Below, piece after piece: positions 19,267 to 29,212 of a DNA stretch of 64,000 bases (its first letter is position 1; every line of letters begins with the position of its first letter). Where the stretch lies: assembly GCA_003598135.1 (NCBI GenBank), contig QZKA01000019.1:41690-105689 (forward strand), read 5' to 3'. The notes under the pieces were generated by a model. The model did not search any database. It saw only the letters and a list, made by a program, of their open reading frames with translations, and was not told where the DNA came from. The position numbers and the translations under genes are program-made. Source of the stretch: Candidatus Omnitrophota bacterium. Its GTDB lineage: Bacteria > Omnitrophota > Gorgyraeia > Gygaellales > Profunditerraquicolaceae.

Positions 19267-19953
19267 CTAAGAAATTTCAGCCTCGATCTTGCGGATTAAC
19301 TCGGCTGTTTCTTTAATGAGCACGTGGGGCACCAGTTTAGCTACTTCAATCTCCTGTCTGAGGGATCGCAAGGTACCCAGCAGGCGTTTTACCGTATTCA
19401 TTCTGCGTAGCTCAAGCGCCTCCTGCGGGCTTGTTTCTTTCCTCTCCCTTATAAGCGCAGTAAGCTCCTTTCTTACCTCGCGGAAATCTTTACCCCTTTC
19501 AAAGATCGCCTGCTTGAAATGCGCGTAATCTTCCTGATCCAATTCGCTTTTATTCTTTGCCAGCCGCAAGACGTCAATGGACTCATAAGGCGCAATGGTA
19601 GCAACGTCTCGGTCCTCTGCGACGCTGGCCTTAAGATACTGAGGCTCTTCCTGTTCGAGAAAATAATAGGATCTTAGGAGTTTCATCGCGGTCAGTTTTT
19701 TTATGCCGATCTCCTGTTTTATGTATGCATCGAATGTAAGAAATCCCCATCCGCGGTATAATTTATCCTTCCATACAGTATACAGCAGGCGGCCAAGCGC
19801 TATCCAAGAATTCTTGAAATCCCTCGCCCCTTCAAGCACCTGATACCTTAGAGAACCGGGGGCAATACCTGACATCTTTTCCTCTAGGCCCCGGATGGAT
19901 TTTGTTTTTGCCGATTCAAAACCCTCGCCTTCCCTCTCTGCATATCTTTCCAC
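19267..19953 (-). CDS. Uncharacterised helical protein
   Basis: GTG start after AAGGAGG; core RYQVLEGARDFKNSWIALGRLL...WGFLTFDAYIKQEIGIKKLTAMKLLRSYYFL; coiled-coil-like C-terminus. Confidence 0.7.
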   Translation of the reverse strand: MERYAEREGEGFESAKTKSIRGLEEKMSGIAPGSLRYQVLEGARDFKNSWIALGRLLYTVWKDKLYRGWGFLTFDAYIKQEIGIKKLTAMKLLRSYYFLEQEEPQYLKASVAEDRDVATIAPYESIDVLRLAKNKSELDQEDYAHFKQAIFERGKDFREVRKELTALIRERKETSPQEALELRRMNTVKRLLGTLRSLRQEIEVAKLVPHVLIKETAELIRKIEAEIS

Positions 19954-19967
19954 CGCTCCTTCCTCCT

Positions 19968-20750
19968 TTACGTTTTGCTGCCGCACGTAACCGATGCCGG
20001 GATCTCTTTTTTGATTACAGCGATACGCTCATCAACATAAGGGTGCGTCCTGAAATACCTCAACGTCTTCCATTGCGGACCTTCGGTCTTTTTAATCTTT
20101 TCAAGCACCTGGAGGCAGGCGCAAGGGTCAAATCCGGCTTTCAAGGCATATTTCACGGAAAGCCTGTCTGCTTCGAATTCGTCTTTACGGCTGTAACTTA
20201 AATCTATCAGGGTATATGCAATATCAACGCCTCTGGCAATGTTCTGGGCACTCTTTGCACCTTTGTCGCCTGCGCCCGCAAACGCAGCGCCCAAGATGAG
20301 CTGATACGCCATATTGGACTGGATTTTTTTTGCGATGTGCCTTGCTGCGACATGGCCGACTTCATGCGCAACCACATAGGCAAGCTCATCATCGCCAAGT
20401 ATCTCCATGAGACCTTTATTGACGTAAATAAAGCCTCCGGGAAGCGTTACCGCGTTTAATTCTTTGCTATCAAGTACAAAAAATTTATACTCGATGTCCT
20501 TGCGGTCTGAAGCAGCCGCAATGCGCCCGCCTAATCTGTTCACCCGCTCTTGGAAATCTTTTGCGTGCAATAGAGGATACTGCTGGGTAAGCATAGGAAT
20601 CATATTGGCGCCGAGAGCCACTTCGGTCTTGCTATTGATAAGTATGAATTCGTTTTTTCCTGTGGCGGGATTATATAGGGTCGCGCATCCTGACAGGGTC
20701 ACGCATAACAGTATAGCCGGCAATAGGAAAGCACTTCTTACCATATACAC
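19968..20750 (-). CDS. M48 family zinc metalloprotease, lipoprotein
   Basis: Lipobox LSGC; NAVTLPGG, AHEVGH (HExxH), YSRKDEFEAD, THP. Confidence 0.9.
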   Translation of the reverse strand: MYMVRSAFLLPAILLCVTLSGCATLYNPATGKNEFILINSKTEVALGANMIPMLTQQYPLLHAKDFQERVNRLGGRIAAASDRKDIEYKFFVLDSKELNAVTLPGGFIYVNKGLMEILGDDELAYVVAHEVGHVAARHIAKKIQSNMAYQLILGAAFAGAGDKGAKSAQNIARGVDIAYTLIDLSYSRKDEFEADRLSVKYALKAGFDPCACLQVLEKIKKTEGPQWKTLRYFRTHPYVDERIAVIKKEIPASVTCGSKT

Positions 20751-21097
20751 TGTACAATCGTGCGGTTCTGCACGGTGTAGATCCTCAAAGTGAACATACT
20801 TTGGCCTCTTTTGACCGACGCATCAAAGCTGCCCTCTCTTCTTCCTCCGAGACACGAAAATCCCTGCTCTTTAAGAAAAGATTCGTAGAATGCGATTACT
20901 TCCTCGAGCGGTTTTGACACTGCGTAGGTGACAACCTTCAAATCTGCACTATAGCGCGTTTCCTCAGGGACGAGGATGGAATCTTCAAAAATAGGCAGTT
21001 CTGTCCCTGAAACGGCAATCATCTTTGCGTTCGCTTCTTGATAACCTCCAGAAAACAATAAAATCATACCCAACACCGCCGCGTGTGCAAGCTTCAT
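20738..21097 (-). CDS. Small secreted hypothetical protein
   Basis: 119 aa; signal peptide MKLAHAAVLGMILLF; EVIAFYESFLKEQGF helix. Confidence 0.65.
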   Translation of the reverse strand: MKLAHAAVLGMILLFSGGYQEANAKMIAVSGTELPIFEDSILVPEETRYSADLKVVTYAVSKPLEEVIAFYESFLKEQGFSCLGGRREGSFDASVKRGQSMFTLRIYTVQNRTIVQCIW

Positions 21098-21127
21098 TTC
21101 TTCCTCGCAAGGCGAATAGATTATTTT

Positions 21128-22459
21128 TTAAGTTTTGCGCGGTTCCGTAATATCCCGGATTACAGTGAGTACGTAAGTGACTTTCCCTTCCTCGATAATC
21201 GGTATTTTGCGAGTCTGTGTGTGCAGTTGTTTCTTGTTGATAGTATACACCTCTGTGGTCACCACTGCCTTGCCGGTTTTAAAAACCTTCTGGTATTCTT
21301 GGCGCACCTCATTTTTCAAGAAAGGAAAAACTTCATAGAGTGCTCGACCGGTCATAGCGGCTGTAAGCCCCAGTTCCTTATTCCACTGCTTAAACTCTTT
21401 GTTTACCATCAGGATCTTTAGGTTTTCGTCAACCACATGGATGGCATCGCCCATCGAATCAAGGATCGTCCGATAGCGCAATTCTGACTCCCGGATCCTC
21501 TGTTCTATCTGCTTACGGACCGTAATATCATACACGTAGCCGTGATAATGGGTAATCACGCCGTCTGAATCCTTCACTACCACCGTAAAATCGCGCACCC
21601 ACTTAATTTTTCCGCCGGAACAGACAATACGGTACTCCTGCTCAAAAAAAGATAATCCCTCCTGGCTATAGCGTCTTACCTCTTCGGCAACCCTATCGAG
21701 GTCGTCCGGAAAAATCACCTGTGCATACCTGATCTTGCCATTTGTAAGATCCGACGGCTCGTAACCAAATTGCTCTTTTGCATTCGCAGAAATATACTCT
21801 ACGGGCCAACCCTCTTCGTTCTTCCACTTAAAGACCACTGTTGGCCCCCCGATAAAAAGCCTGCGCTCCGCCTTAAGCTCTTCTTCAACTCTTATGCGCT
21901 TGTCCATCTCAATATGCAAATCTTCGTTTGCTTTACTCAATTCGGCAGTCCGGACCTTTACCCTTATCTCAAGCTCGCTGCGGGAATCCCTGAGCATCCC
22001 TTCCATTTTCTTGCGGTCTGAGATATCGAACACAACACCTACCATCCCTGCGACGCCTCCGCGGGCATCAGAAAATGCCTCTTTATACACCACTACATCG
22101 TGCCTTTTGCCATCGGGCATAATCATAAGGCTCTCGTAATGTTGGATTCCTCCTTTTGCAAACAACTCCCCATCTTTATTCCCGTGGGCCTCCGCGACAT
22201 CCTGCGGCAACACCTCGTTTGTAGTCTTACCGATTATTTTTTCTCTTGGTAAGCCCAGAAATTGTTCAAATGCCTTATTGCAACCAAGGTATACCCCTTG
22301 TGTGTTTTTATAAAATACAGGGGTAGGTATGGCATCGATAATTATCTGGGGAAAGCGCAATTGCGCTTGAGGGCCGGTAACTGTCTTGTGTAAAAGGCCG
22401 ACAAGGGCAGGTGCTGCCTTAGTGGTGTCCTTAGTAATCCGCTGCGTTTTTCTTTTCAT
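21128..22459 (-). CDS. Multi-PAS domain protein with no output domain
   Basis: Three PAS/PAC units (IIDAIPTPVFYKN...DISDRK; PVEYIS...DITVRK; ILDSMGDAI...RDITE) with a coiled-coil linker. Start set at MKRKTQ because the promoter overlaps the longer ORF. Confidence 0.85.
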   Translation of the reverse strand: MKRKTQRITKDTTKAAPALVGLLHKTVTGPQAQLRFPQIIIDAIPTPVFYKNTQGVYLGCNKAFEQFLGLPREKIIGKTTNEVLPQDVAEAHGNKDGELFAKGGIQHYESLMIMPDGKRHDVVVYKEAFSDARGGVAGMVGVVFDISDRKKMEGMLRDSRSELEIRVKVRTAELSKANEDLHIEMDKRIRVEEELKAERRLFIGGPTVVFKWKNEEGWPVEYISANAKEQFGYEPSDLTNGKIRYAQVIFPDDLDRVAEEVRRYSQEGLSFFEQEYRIVCSGGKIKWVRDFTVVVKDSDGVITHYHGYVYDITVRKQIEQRIRESELRYRTILDSMGDAIHVVDENLKILMVNKEFKQWNKELGLTAAMTGRALYEVFPFLKNEVRQEYQKVFKTGKAVVTTEVYTINKKQLHTQTRKIPIIEEGKVTYVLTVIRDITEPRKT

Positions 22460-22501
22460 ATACAGAGTTTTGCCCGTATGATTGTATGGCTTTTTGAAAA
22501 C

Positions 22502-22529
22502 ATTATACCACCCGTACCTCAAATGTCAA
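22502..22529 (-). promoter_or_regulatory. Sigma70 promoter of the PAS gene
   Basis: TTGACA-16-TATAAT on the minus strand. Confidence 0.7.
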
Positions 22530-22581
22530 TTTTGCACAGGTCTGCACAATAAGAAGATTGCCATCGGCAAACCGCTAAAGT

Positions 22582-25488
22582 CTAACGCATTGCGAAAGGG
22601 CATATCTGGCTATACGCACAGTACGTACAAGCCATGTAGGCAGGCATTGCCTCAAAGCGCTTCTGTCTGATTCCGTCGGATACCAGCCTTATTTTTTCCT
22701 TTACGCCCTCTATGTCGCCTGCTTCTGGAACCCTACTGCCAACGAGGCCGGATTCAAGAAAATAAAGCTCTGCCCTGATGGGCATACTGCCAAAGATCTG
22801 CTGGTAGGCAAATGCATAAAGGCTCAGCTGAAGACTCTCCTTAGCCCTCTTCTCCGCCTCTTTCTTGGTTTTCATATCGGAGGTCTTAAAATCCATAATC
22901 ACCGCCTGGCCCCCTTCATCGTCTACCCGGTCAAAACGACCCGCGATTTTATTATGTTCGAACATAAAAGAAAAACCCTTCTCTATAAAGAGGGGGCGAG
23001 ACTTTCGCGTACGCTCGTCGTTAAAGAACCTGACCAGCGCTTCCTTGCCGATGCGCAGGCGTTCTTCCTGATGTTTCTCGTCCAAAAAGCCCTGGGGATC
23101 AAAGCTGGCACTAAAGGTTTCAAGCAACTCTGCCAAGTCCATATTGATTCCCGCGGCCTTATGCTGAAAGAATTTACAGACTGCTTCATGCATCGCCCGT
23201 CCATAAATAACGGTATGATGTTCTAGGATAGGTATGCGCAGGATATTTACATATTTATATTTCAGGGGGCAAGTAAGATAATCATCAAGTTGATAGTAGC
23301 TTAAGGAAATAAGTTTATCCGCTGAGGGTACGCCCGCCGGCGCAGCGATGCTCTCCTGCGGGAGGGCAAAATGCTCTATCTGCTCAATAGCGCTCGTCTT
23401 CTTCTGTGCCTGGATTAACACTTCTTTCCCCAGCGCCTCACCCACGAATTGGCTTACGCGCCTTACGCGCGTGCCGCCATAGTCGCTTGAGCTGGTTAAG
23501 AAGAGCTCTTGCTTTGCCCTGGTCATGCCCACATAAAAAAGCCTGCGTTCCTCCTGAATATGGAAATCCCCTACGGGCAACACCTCTTTTATTAATTCGT
23601 CGGGTAACTCAAGTGCTTGTCTGCGGTGGGGCCACGGGAAACGTCCGTGCACTAGGCTTACCAGAAACACTATCCTGAACTCAAGACCCTTTGCCTTATG
23701 TATGGTAAGCACATTTACCGCATCTGAGTCTTCATCGGCCTCAACTCCAGAAGGATCGTCTCCTGCCTCAATCAAAAGATTAAGATAATTCACAAAATTG
23801 ATGACGCGAGGCTCCTTGGCAACTAATTCGAAATCCCTCACAATAGAAAAGAACCTCGCCAGGTTCTGGATTTTCGTCTCCTGCTCAAGCGTTTTTGCGG
23901 CGGTAAGGGTCTTAAGGTAACCTGTATCAGTAAGAAAGCTATACAAAAGCCTTCCGGCAGACTCCTGGCGTGCGGTTTTTAAAAACGCCTCGATATCCTC
24001 CAACACCTGCCTTACCTTACTCAGGAATTCTGCGCGTAAGCCCTTAAGTTCATCGATGCCGCCTAATTCACGAAAAACCTGGTAGAGCGGTTTGTTCCTT
24101 CGTTTTGCATAATGGGCACATAAGCTAAGTTCAGCAAGGTCAAACCCATACACCTCTGAACTCAACAAATAATAGAAACTTAGAGAATCATAGGGATTGG
24201 CGGCAACCCGTAAGAAGTGAATGCAAAGCTTTACTTCTTCTCTTGTATAGAGACCCTGGTTTCCGCTAAACTGCCAGGGGATATCCCGCATGTTCAAGGA
24301 CTGCAAAAATGGTTCGGCATCAGAGTTGGAGCGTACTAGAATTGCGAAGTCCCGATAGGTATATTCTCCGGACTGTACTTTTTCTTTTATCATCCTGGCC
24401 ACTGCATCCGACTCATTAGACCTAGCTTCAAAATGCAAGTGATGGACCGGTTGAGCCTCTTTGATTGTGCTTACGAGTCGTTTGTCTATATGGGCCTTGA
24501 TTTCGAATCGTTCCGGATTATTGTGTTGAATGAGACGATAGGCGCTATCCAGGATTACCTGCGTGGAGCGATAGTTCTGAATAAGGCTTACTTTCTCGGC
24601 AGCGGGGTATTCGGATATAAAATTCAATACATTGCTGTATGCGGCTCCCCGCCAACGGTAAATACACTGGTCGTCATCAGCCACCACGGCGATATTCTTA
24701 CGATTCCCCGCCAATAATTTGATAATCTGAAATTGTGCAAAATTAGTATCCTGAAATTCGTCGACCAGGATATATTTGAACTGCTGCTGGTATTTCTGTA
24801 ATACCGCCGGATGCGTACGCAACAACTCCAAGGCAAGGTAAAACTGGTTGCCGAAATCTAAAAGGCCGTAGCGGGCAAGCAGTTCCTGGTATTGGGAATA
24901 TGCACCAGCCACCTCTATCTGTTGCAGCGCCCTTTCTTCCAGCGCTTTGTCTTGGGGTGCCTCTTTTGCCTTACGCAAAAGCCCTTGAGTAAACTCAAGG
25001 TACTCCCCAGGAGAAATATCTTCATCCTTTGCTCTGCTAAACAACGATATGAGCGCTTCAATAAAACGGGTAGGGTCAGCAAGAGGACGGTAATAAGAAA
25101 GGCTAAATTCAAACAGATGTTCGCGGAAAAATACAGCTGCTTCCGGAAGCGTGAGCACCTTAAAATCGGGGTCCAAGCCGGCAACAAGGGCGTTTTCCCG
25201 CAATAGCCTGTCTCCAAACGCATGGAACGTAGAAATCCAGATATCCAAATATCCGTAAGGAAGCAGTATATCGACCCGCTCCTGCATCTGGCGCGTCGCC
25301 TTTTCCGTAAAGGTAAGGGCCAAGATCTCATCAGTCTTCGCTAACCCTTGCGCAAGCAACCAGGATATCCTGCGGGTAATCACCGTGGTCTTGCCTGTGC
25401 CTGCTCCCGCAATAATGAGAAGCGGGCCTTCTCTGTGGGTAACCGCTTCTCTCTGTTCCTTGTTGAGACTATCTAATATTTTACTCAT
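22582..25488 (-). CDS. UvrD/PcrA-family SF1 helicase fused to a C-terminal PD-(D/E)XK nuclease with 4 Cys (AdnB/AddA-like)
   Basis: AGAGTGKT, TFT, DEFQD, QNYRS, TIHKAKGLEF, EERRLFYVGMTRA; C-terminal CPLKY, GRFDRVD, DFKT, QLSLY, CTYCAYSQIC. Confidence 0.9.
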   Translation of the reverse strand: MSKILDSLNKEQREAVTHREGPLLIIAGAGTGKTTVITRRISWLLAQGLAKTDEILALTFTEKATRQMQERVDILLPYGYLDIWISTFHAFGDRLLRENALVAGLDPDFKVLTLPEAAVFFREHLFEFSLSYYRPLADPTRFIEALISLFSRAKDEDISPGEYLEFTQGLLRKAKEAPQDKALEERALQQIEVAGAYSQYQELLARYGLLDFGNQFYLALELLRTHPAVLQKYQQQFKYILVDEFQDTNFAQFQIIKLLAGNRKNIAVVADDDQCIYRWRGAAYSNVLNFISEYPAAEKVSLIQNYRSTQVILDSAYRLIQHNNPERFEIKAHIDKRLVSTIKEAQPVHHLHFEARSNESDAVARMIKEKVQSGEYTYRDFAILVRSNSDAEPFLQSLNMRDIPWQFSGNQGLYTREEVKLCIHFLRVAANPYDSLSFYYLLSSEVYGFDLAELSLCAHYAKRRNKPLYQVFRELGGIDELKGLRAEFLSKVRQVLEDIEAFLKTARQESAGRLLYSFLTDTGYLKTLTAAKTLEQETKIQNLARFFSIVRDFELVAKEPRVINFVNYLNLLIEAGDDPSGVEADEDSDAVNVLTIHKAKGLEFRIVFLVSLVHGRFPWPHRRQALELPDELIKEVLPVGDFHIQEERRLFYVGMTRAKQELFLTSSSDYGGTRVRRVSQFVGEALGKEVLIQAQKKTSAIEQIEHFALPQESIAAPAGVPSADKLISLSYYQLDDYLTCPLKYKYVNILRIPILEHHTVIYGRAMHEAVCKFFQHKAAGINMDLAELLETFSASFDPQGFLDEKHQEERLRIGKEALVRFFNDERTRKSRPLFIEKGFSFMFEHNKIAGRFDRVDDEGGQAVIMDFKTSDMKTKKEAEKRAKESLQLSLYAFAYQQIFGSMPIRAELYFLESGLVGSRVPEAGDIEGVKEKIRLVSDGIRQKRFEAMPAYMACTYCAYSQICPFAMR

Positions 25489-25506
25489 TATTGCCTACAT
25501 TTTACC

Positions 25507-25534
25507 TTGACAATATTTCATTTTCAAGTATACT
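25507..25534 (+). promoter_or_regulatory. Sigma70 promoter of rpmB
   Basis: TTGACA-16-TATACT. Confidence 0.7.
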
Positions 25535-25578
25535 TTAACCTCGAAGGTTAATTAAAAATTTTCAGACGGAGTAATGCT

Positions 25579-25806
25579 ATGTTAAAAAAATGTGCGTTAT
25601 GCGGAAAAGGCAAACTTATCGGCAAAAGCGTGGTAAGAAAAGGGATGGCCAAAAGCAAAGGCGGTACCGGCAGTAAAATTGTCCGCAGCACCAAAAGGGC
25701 GTTCCTACCTAACCTGCAAAAAATGAGGATCTTTATACATAACCATCCTCGGCGGGTATTCATCTGCAGCAAATGCATCAAGAAGGGCAATTTCACCAAA
25801 GCCTGA
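25579..25806 (+). CDS. rpmB: 50S ribosomal protein L28 (Zn-binding form)
   Basis: CALCGK, TKRAFLPNLQ, ICSKCIK; GGAG RBS. Confidence 0.95.
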   Translation: MLKKCALCGKGKLIGKSVVRKGMAKSKGGTGSKIVRSTKRAFLPNLQKMRIFIHNHPRRVFICSKCIKKGNFTKA

Positions 25807-27510
25807 TTATCGCTTAAAGAATATTTCCTTTACTTCCAATATCGGACTCTCTCCATCGCGCCAACTGTCTATTTTAGGGCTATACACCAGATCCACGGTG
25901 GACGCCACTTCGAATCGGCCGCTCAGTGACGCCATGCCGAAGCCGATGGCCGGCATGGTAACACTACCATCAGTGACCCAAAACTTCAGCGTTTCCCTCC
26001 CTAACACACAAGCGCTTCCTTTCACCCTTAGATTACGGGTGTATAATAAAGGCTCGGGGTTGCTGTTGCCGAAAGGCGCAAGATATTCCAATTCACGGAT
26101 AACCGTCTCGTTCACTTCACTCAAGCCCACCTCCATGTCAACATTAAAACGCCGCAGGAGGTCGTCAATAGCAAGCCTTTCCCGCGCAAAAAGATTGATT
26201 CTGTTCTTAAAGGTCTCGATGTTATCTCTCTGAATAACCAAACCTACTGCATGCTTATGCCCTCCAAAATTCTCTAAAAGGTCGCGGCATTCAGAGACCC
26301 CCTGGAATAGGTGAAAATTCTCGATAGAACGACCTGAGCCTTTGCAGCGGGTTTCATCCATAGATATGAGGATCGTGGGCCGGTAAAACCTTTCGGTAAG
26401 CTTGGCAGCAACAACACCGAGCACCCCCATATGCCAGCCTTCCTTTGCCACGACAAGTATCGTATGGTCTTTAAAATTAACCTCCTTGTCGATTAATGCC
26501 TGCGCCTCTTCCAAGATTTCGCTTTCTATTTTCTGGCGCTGCCGGTTATGGCCCTCGATTATCCTGGCCAATTCTTCAGCCTGGCCCTTAGTACGACTCA
26601 ATAACAACTGCAATGCAGTCTCTGCCGTATCAACGCGGCCGCTGGCGTTAATGCGCGGTCCAAGTATAAAACTAATGAAGTGAGGCGTAATCCTTTTGTT
26701 TTTTATCCTGCTTGTTTCCATAAGGGCCAAAAGGCCGGGGCGTTTTGTACGCGGCAAGCGCATAAGTCCTTCTTTTACGATAATTCGGTTTTCTCCGGTT
26801 AGAGGGACTGCATCTGCAATAGTGCCGATCGCCACCAGGTCAAGTTCTTCCTCAAGCGGCTTGCCTCTAAGCGCCTGGCATAGCTTATATGCCACTCCCA
26901 CTCCTGCCAAATCGCGATACGGATACCCGGATTGCTTTAGTTTCGGATTGATGGTGGCGGCTGCAGGAAATGCGACAGCATTGGGCTCAACCGGCTCGTG
27001 ATGGTCAGTGACAATAACCTTAGTCCCCGCTGCCGTAAGTGCACTGATATATTCATGGCTTGAGGTGCCGCAATCCGCAGTAATCAAAAGCTTTATTTTT
27101 TTGTCCCGGGCAATTGTGAGTATGTTTTTATTGAGACCGTAGCCTTCTTTCACCCGGTGGGGGATATAATATTCTGCGTCGATTCCTATATGTAAGAGGG
27201 TTTCGGTAAGAAGCGCTAAAGAAGTGACGCCGTCAGCATCATAGTCGCTGAATAACAATACCTTTTCTTTACGGCGGCACGCATCCTTGATAATCTCAAC
27301 TGCCCTGCGCATATCGCTAAAACAATAGGGGTCGTGCAGCCGGTCAAGCCCTCCGCGGAGGAACCCTTCGGCCTCTTGCGTGCTGGAAATACCGCGATTT
27401 ATCAATAGCTGGGCAAGGATATACGAAATTCCCAATTCATCACAGAGGCGGGCTTGAAGTTTCTTATTGGGCAGGTTGACGGTGAGTATCTTATGGGTTT
27501 GCATCGTCAC
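25807..27510 (-). CDS. recJ: Single-stranded-DNA exonuclease RecJ
   Basis: DYDADG, EGYGL, TDHH, LAGVGVA, GTIAD, PRINASGR, KGSGRS, FGGH, PFG. Confidence 0.96.
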   Translation of the reverse strand: MTMQTHKILTVNLPNKKLQARLCDELGISYILAQLLINRGISSTQEAEGFLRGGLDRLHDPYCFSDMRRAVEIIKDACRRKEKVLLFSDYDADGVTSLALLTETLLHIGIDAEYYIPHRVKEGYGLNKNILTIARDKKIKLLITADCGTSSHEYISALTAAGTKVIVTDHHEPVEPNAVAFPAAATINPKLKQSGYPYRDLAGVGVAYKLCQALRGKPLEEELDLVAIGTIADAVPLTGENRIIVKEGLMRLPRTKRPGLLALMETSRIKNKRITPHFISFILGPRINASGRVDTAETALQLLLSRTKGQAEELARIIEGHNRQRQKIESEILEEAQALIDKEVNFKDHTILVVAKEGWHMGVLGVVAAKLTERFYRPTILISMDETRCKGSGRSIENFHLFQGVSECRDLLENFGGHKHAVGLVIQRDNIETFKNRINLFARERLAIDDLLRRFNVDMEVGLSEVNETVIRELEYLAPFGNSNPEPLLYTRNLRVKGSACVLGRETLKFWVTDGSVTMPAIGFGMASLSGRFEVASTVDLVYSPKIDSWRDGESPILEVKEIFFKR

Positions 27511-29150
27511 ATCTTCTCGGGCCTAGAAATCCCCAGTAACTCTAAACCCTTATCCAGGGTATTACGCACTCCCTGAACAAGATAAAGCCTTGCGCAGGTT
27601 AATTTGTTATCATCGTTAAGTACGCGGTGCCGGTCATAAAAACGATGGAAAGACTCTGATAGTTCCTGCAAATATACAGTCATCATATAAGGATCGAGTG
27701 TTTTCACGCAGACTTTTACTATATAGGGGAATTGCCAGAGCTTCCGGATGAGCTGGAGTTCTTCGTTTTCTCTCAGTAACGTAAAATCAACGGTATCAGC
27801 GATGGCACTTTGCTGGGCTTGCCGCAGTATACTGCAGATCCTGGCATACGCGTATTGCACGTAGTACACCGGATTCTCAGACGTTTGTTTCTTGGCAACC
27901 TCAAGGTCAAAATCAAGATGACTGGAAGTACGCCGCATAAGAAAGAAAAACCTCGATGCATCAGGGCCGACCTCGTTGAGGACTTCCCTTAGTGTGATAT
28001 ATTGGCCTTTACGGGTCGACATTTCAACAGGCTTACCATCCCTTAAGATAGTGGCTAGTTGCACGATAACGATAGAGAGAGATTCGGATGGATAACCCAG
28101 CGCGCCGACAGAGGCTTTTAGCCTATTTATGTATCCGTGGTGATCCGGACCCCAAAGATTGATGAGCCACTGGAAACCTCGTTCATATTTATCACGGTGA
28201 TAGGCGATATCTGGCGCAAGATAGGTATAGGAACCGTCGCTCTTGACTACTACCCTGTCTTTATCGTCCCCGAACTCAGTAGATTTAAACCAGAGTGCGC
28301 CGTCCTGTTCGTAGACAAAGCCTTTTTCTTTTAGTAACTCCAGCGCCTCTTGTATTTTTCCGCTCTCGCGTAACTCCTTTTGGCTGTACCAATTGTCAAA
28401 ATGCACGGAAAAATCATTGAGTTCCTGTCCAATGGTACGGGAAATATCCTTTAAGCCATACTCGGAAAAATCCCTGACCACAAGATGCTCCTCCTTTATC
28501 CTCCTGGCAAGGTCAATCACATACTCGCCCTGGTAGAAATTTTCGGGGAACTCTACTTTTTCCCCGGATAATTCCTTGAGCCTTGCTTCAACGGAAGAGC
28601 CAAGAATAGTAATCTGGTTACCCTCATCGTTAAGGTAGTACTCTCTTTTGACAAAAAACCCTGCAAACGCAAGGATATTCGCTAATGCATCTCCGACTGC
28701 GCCCTGCCTGGCGTGCGCAACCGATAATGGGCCGGTAGGATTTGCGCTTACAAACTCAATCAGGACGCGGCGATTTTCTCCCAGGTTTACTCGCAAGAAA
28801 TCGCCCCCTAAAGAAACAAGGCTTCTTAAGTAATCACGGAAATAGTCTTCGCTTAAGAAAAAATTAATGAATCCGGGTCCCTGCACTTTGACAAAACGGA
28901 TGTACTTCTTTGCTCCCGAAGCATCAAGACAAGCATCAAGGACTCCTACTATGCGCCTGCCCAGCTCCAGGGGGTTTTGCTTCGTCCGGCTTGCAACCAT
29001 CATGGCCAGATTGCTTGAGTAATCCCCGAATGATGCGTTTGCAGGGATATCGAGAAACGCATTTTCTGCAACATCCTGCTGCACAGAACCCAAAGAGTTT
29101 AAAGCCTCGCTGAGCGCATTGGTAATTATCGCCTCTATTGATTCTTTCAT
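27507..29150 (-). CDS. argS: Arginine--tRNA ligase
   Basis: GPGFINF, EFVSANPTGPL, YLNDEG, FGDDKDR, YLAPDIAYH, GPDHHGY, MSTRKG, NPVYYVQYA. Confidence 0.96.
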   Translation of the reverse strand: MKESIEAIITNALSEALNSLGSVQQDVAENAFLDIPANASFGDYSSNLAMMVASRTKQNPLELGRRIVGVLDACLDASGAKKYIRFVKVQGPGFINFFLSEDYFRDYLRSLVSLGGDFLRVNLGENRRVLIEFVSANPTGPLSVAHARQGAVGDALANILAFAGFFVKREYYLNDEGNQITILGSSVEARLKELSGEKVEFPENFYQGEYVIDLARRIKEEHLVVRDFSEYGLKDISRTIGQELNDFSVHFDNWYSQKELRESGKIQEALELLKEKGFVYEQDGALWFKSTEFGDDKDRVVVKSDGSYTYLAPDIAYHRDKYERGFQWLINLWGPDHHGYINRLKASVGALGYPSESLSIVIVQLATILRDGKPVEMSTRKGQYITLREVLNEVGPDASRFFFLMRRTSSHLDFDLEVAKKQTSENPVYYVQYAYARICSILRQAQQSAIADTVDFTLLRENEELQLIRKLWQFPYIVKVCVKTLDPYMMTVYLQELSESFHRFYDRHRVLNDDNKLTCARLYLVQGVRNTLDKGLELLGISRPEKM

Positions 29151-29212
29151 GTCTTTTGCGTGTAAAATACGGAAAGAGACCTTTTTAAAAGAAGTGCCGT
29201 AACGCGGAGAGA

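Noticed and set aside
21098-21130. Stop-codon readthrough fusing the PAS protein to the next in-frame ORF
   Set aside because: The stop is TAA and the next ORF has its own RBS-like sequence and signal peptide; a shared frame is a 1-in-3 coincidence.
25548-25799. Minus-strand 83-aa ORF
   Set aside because: Shadow of rpmB.
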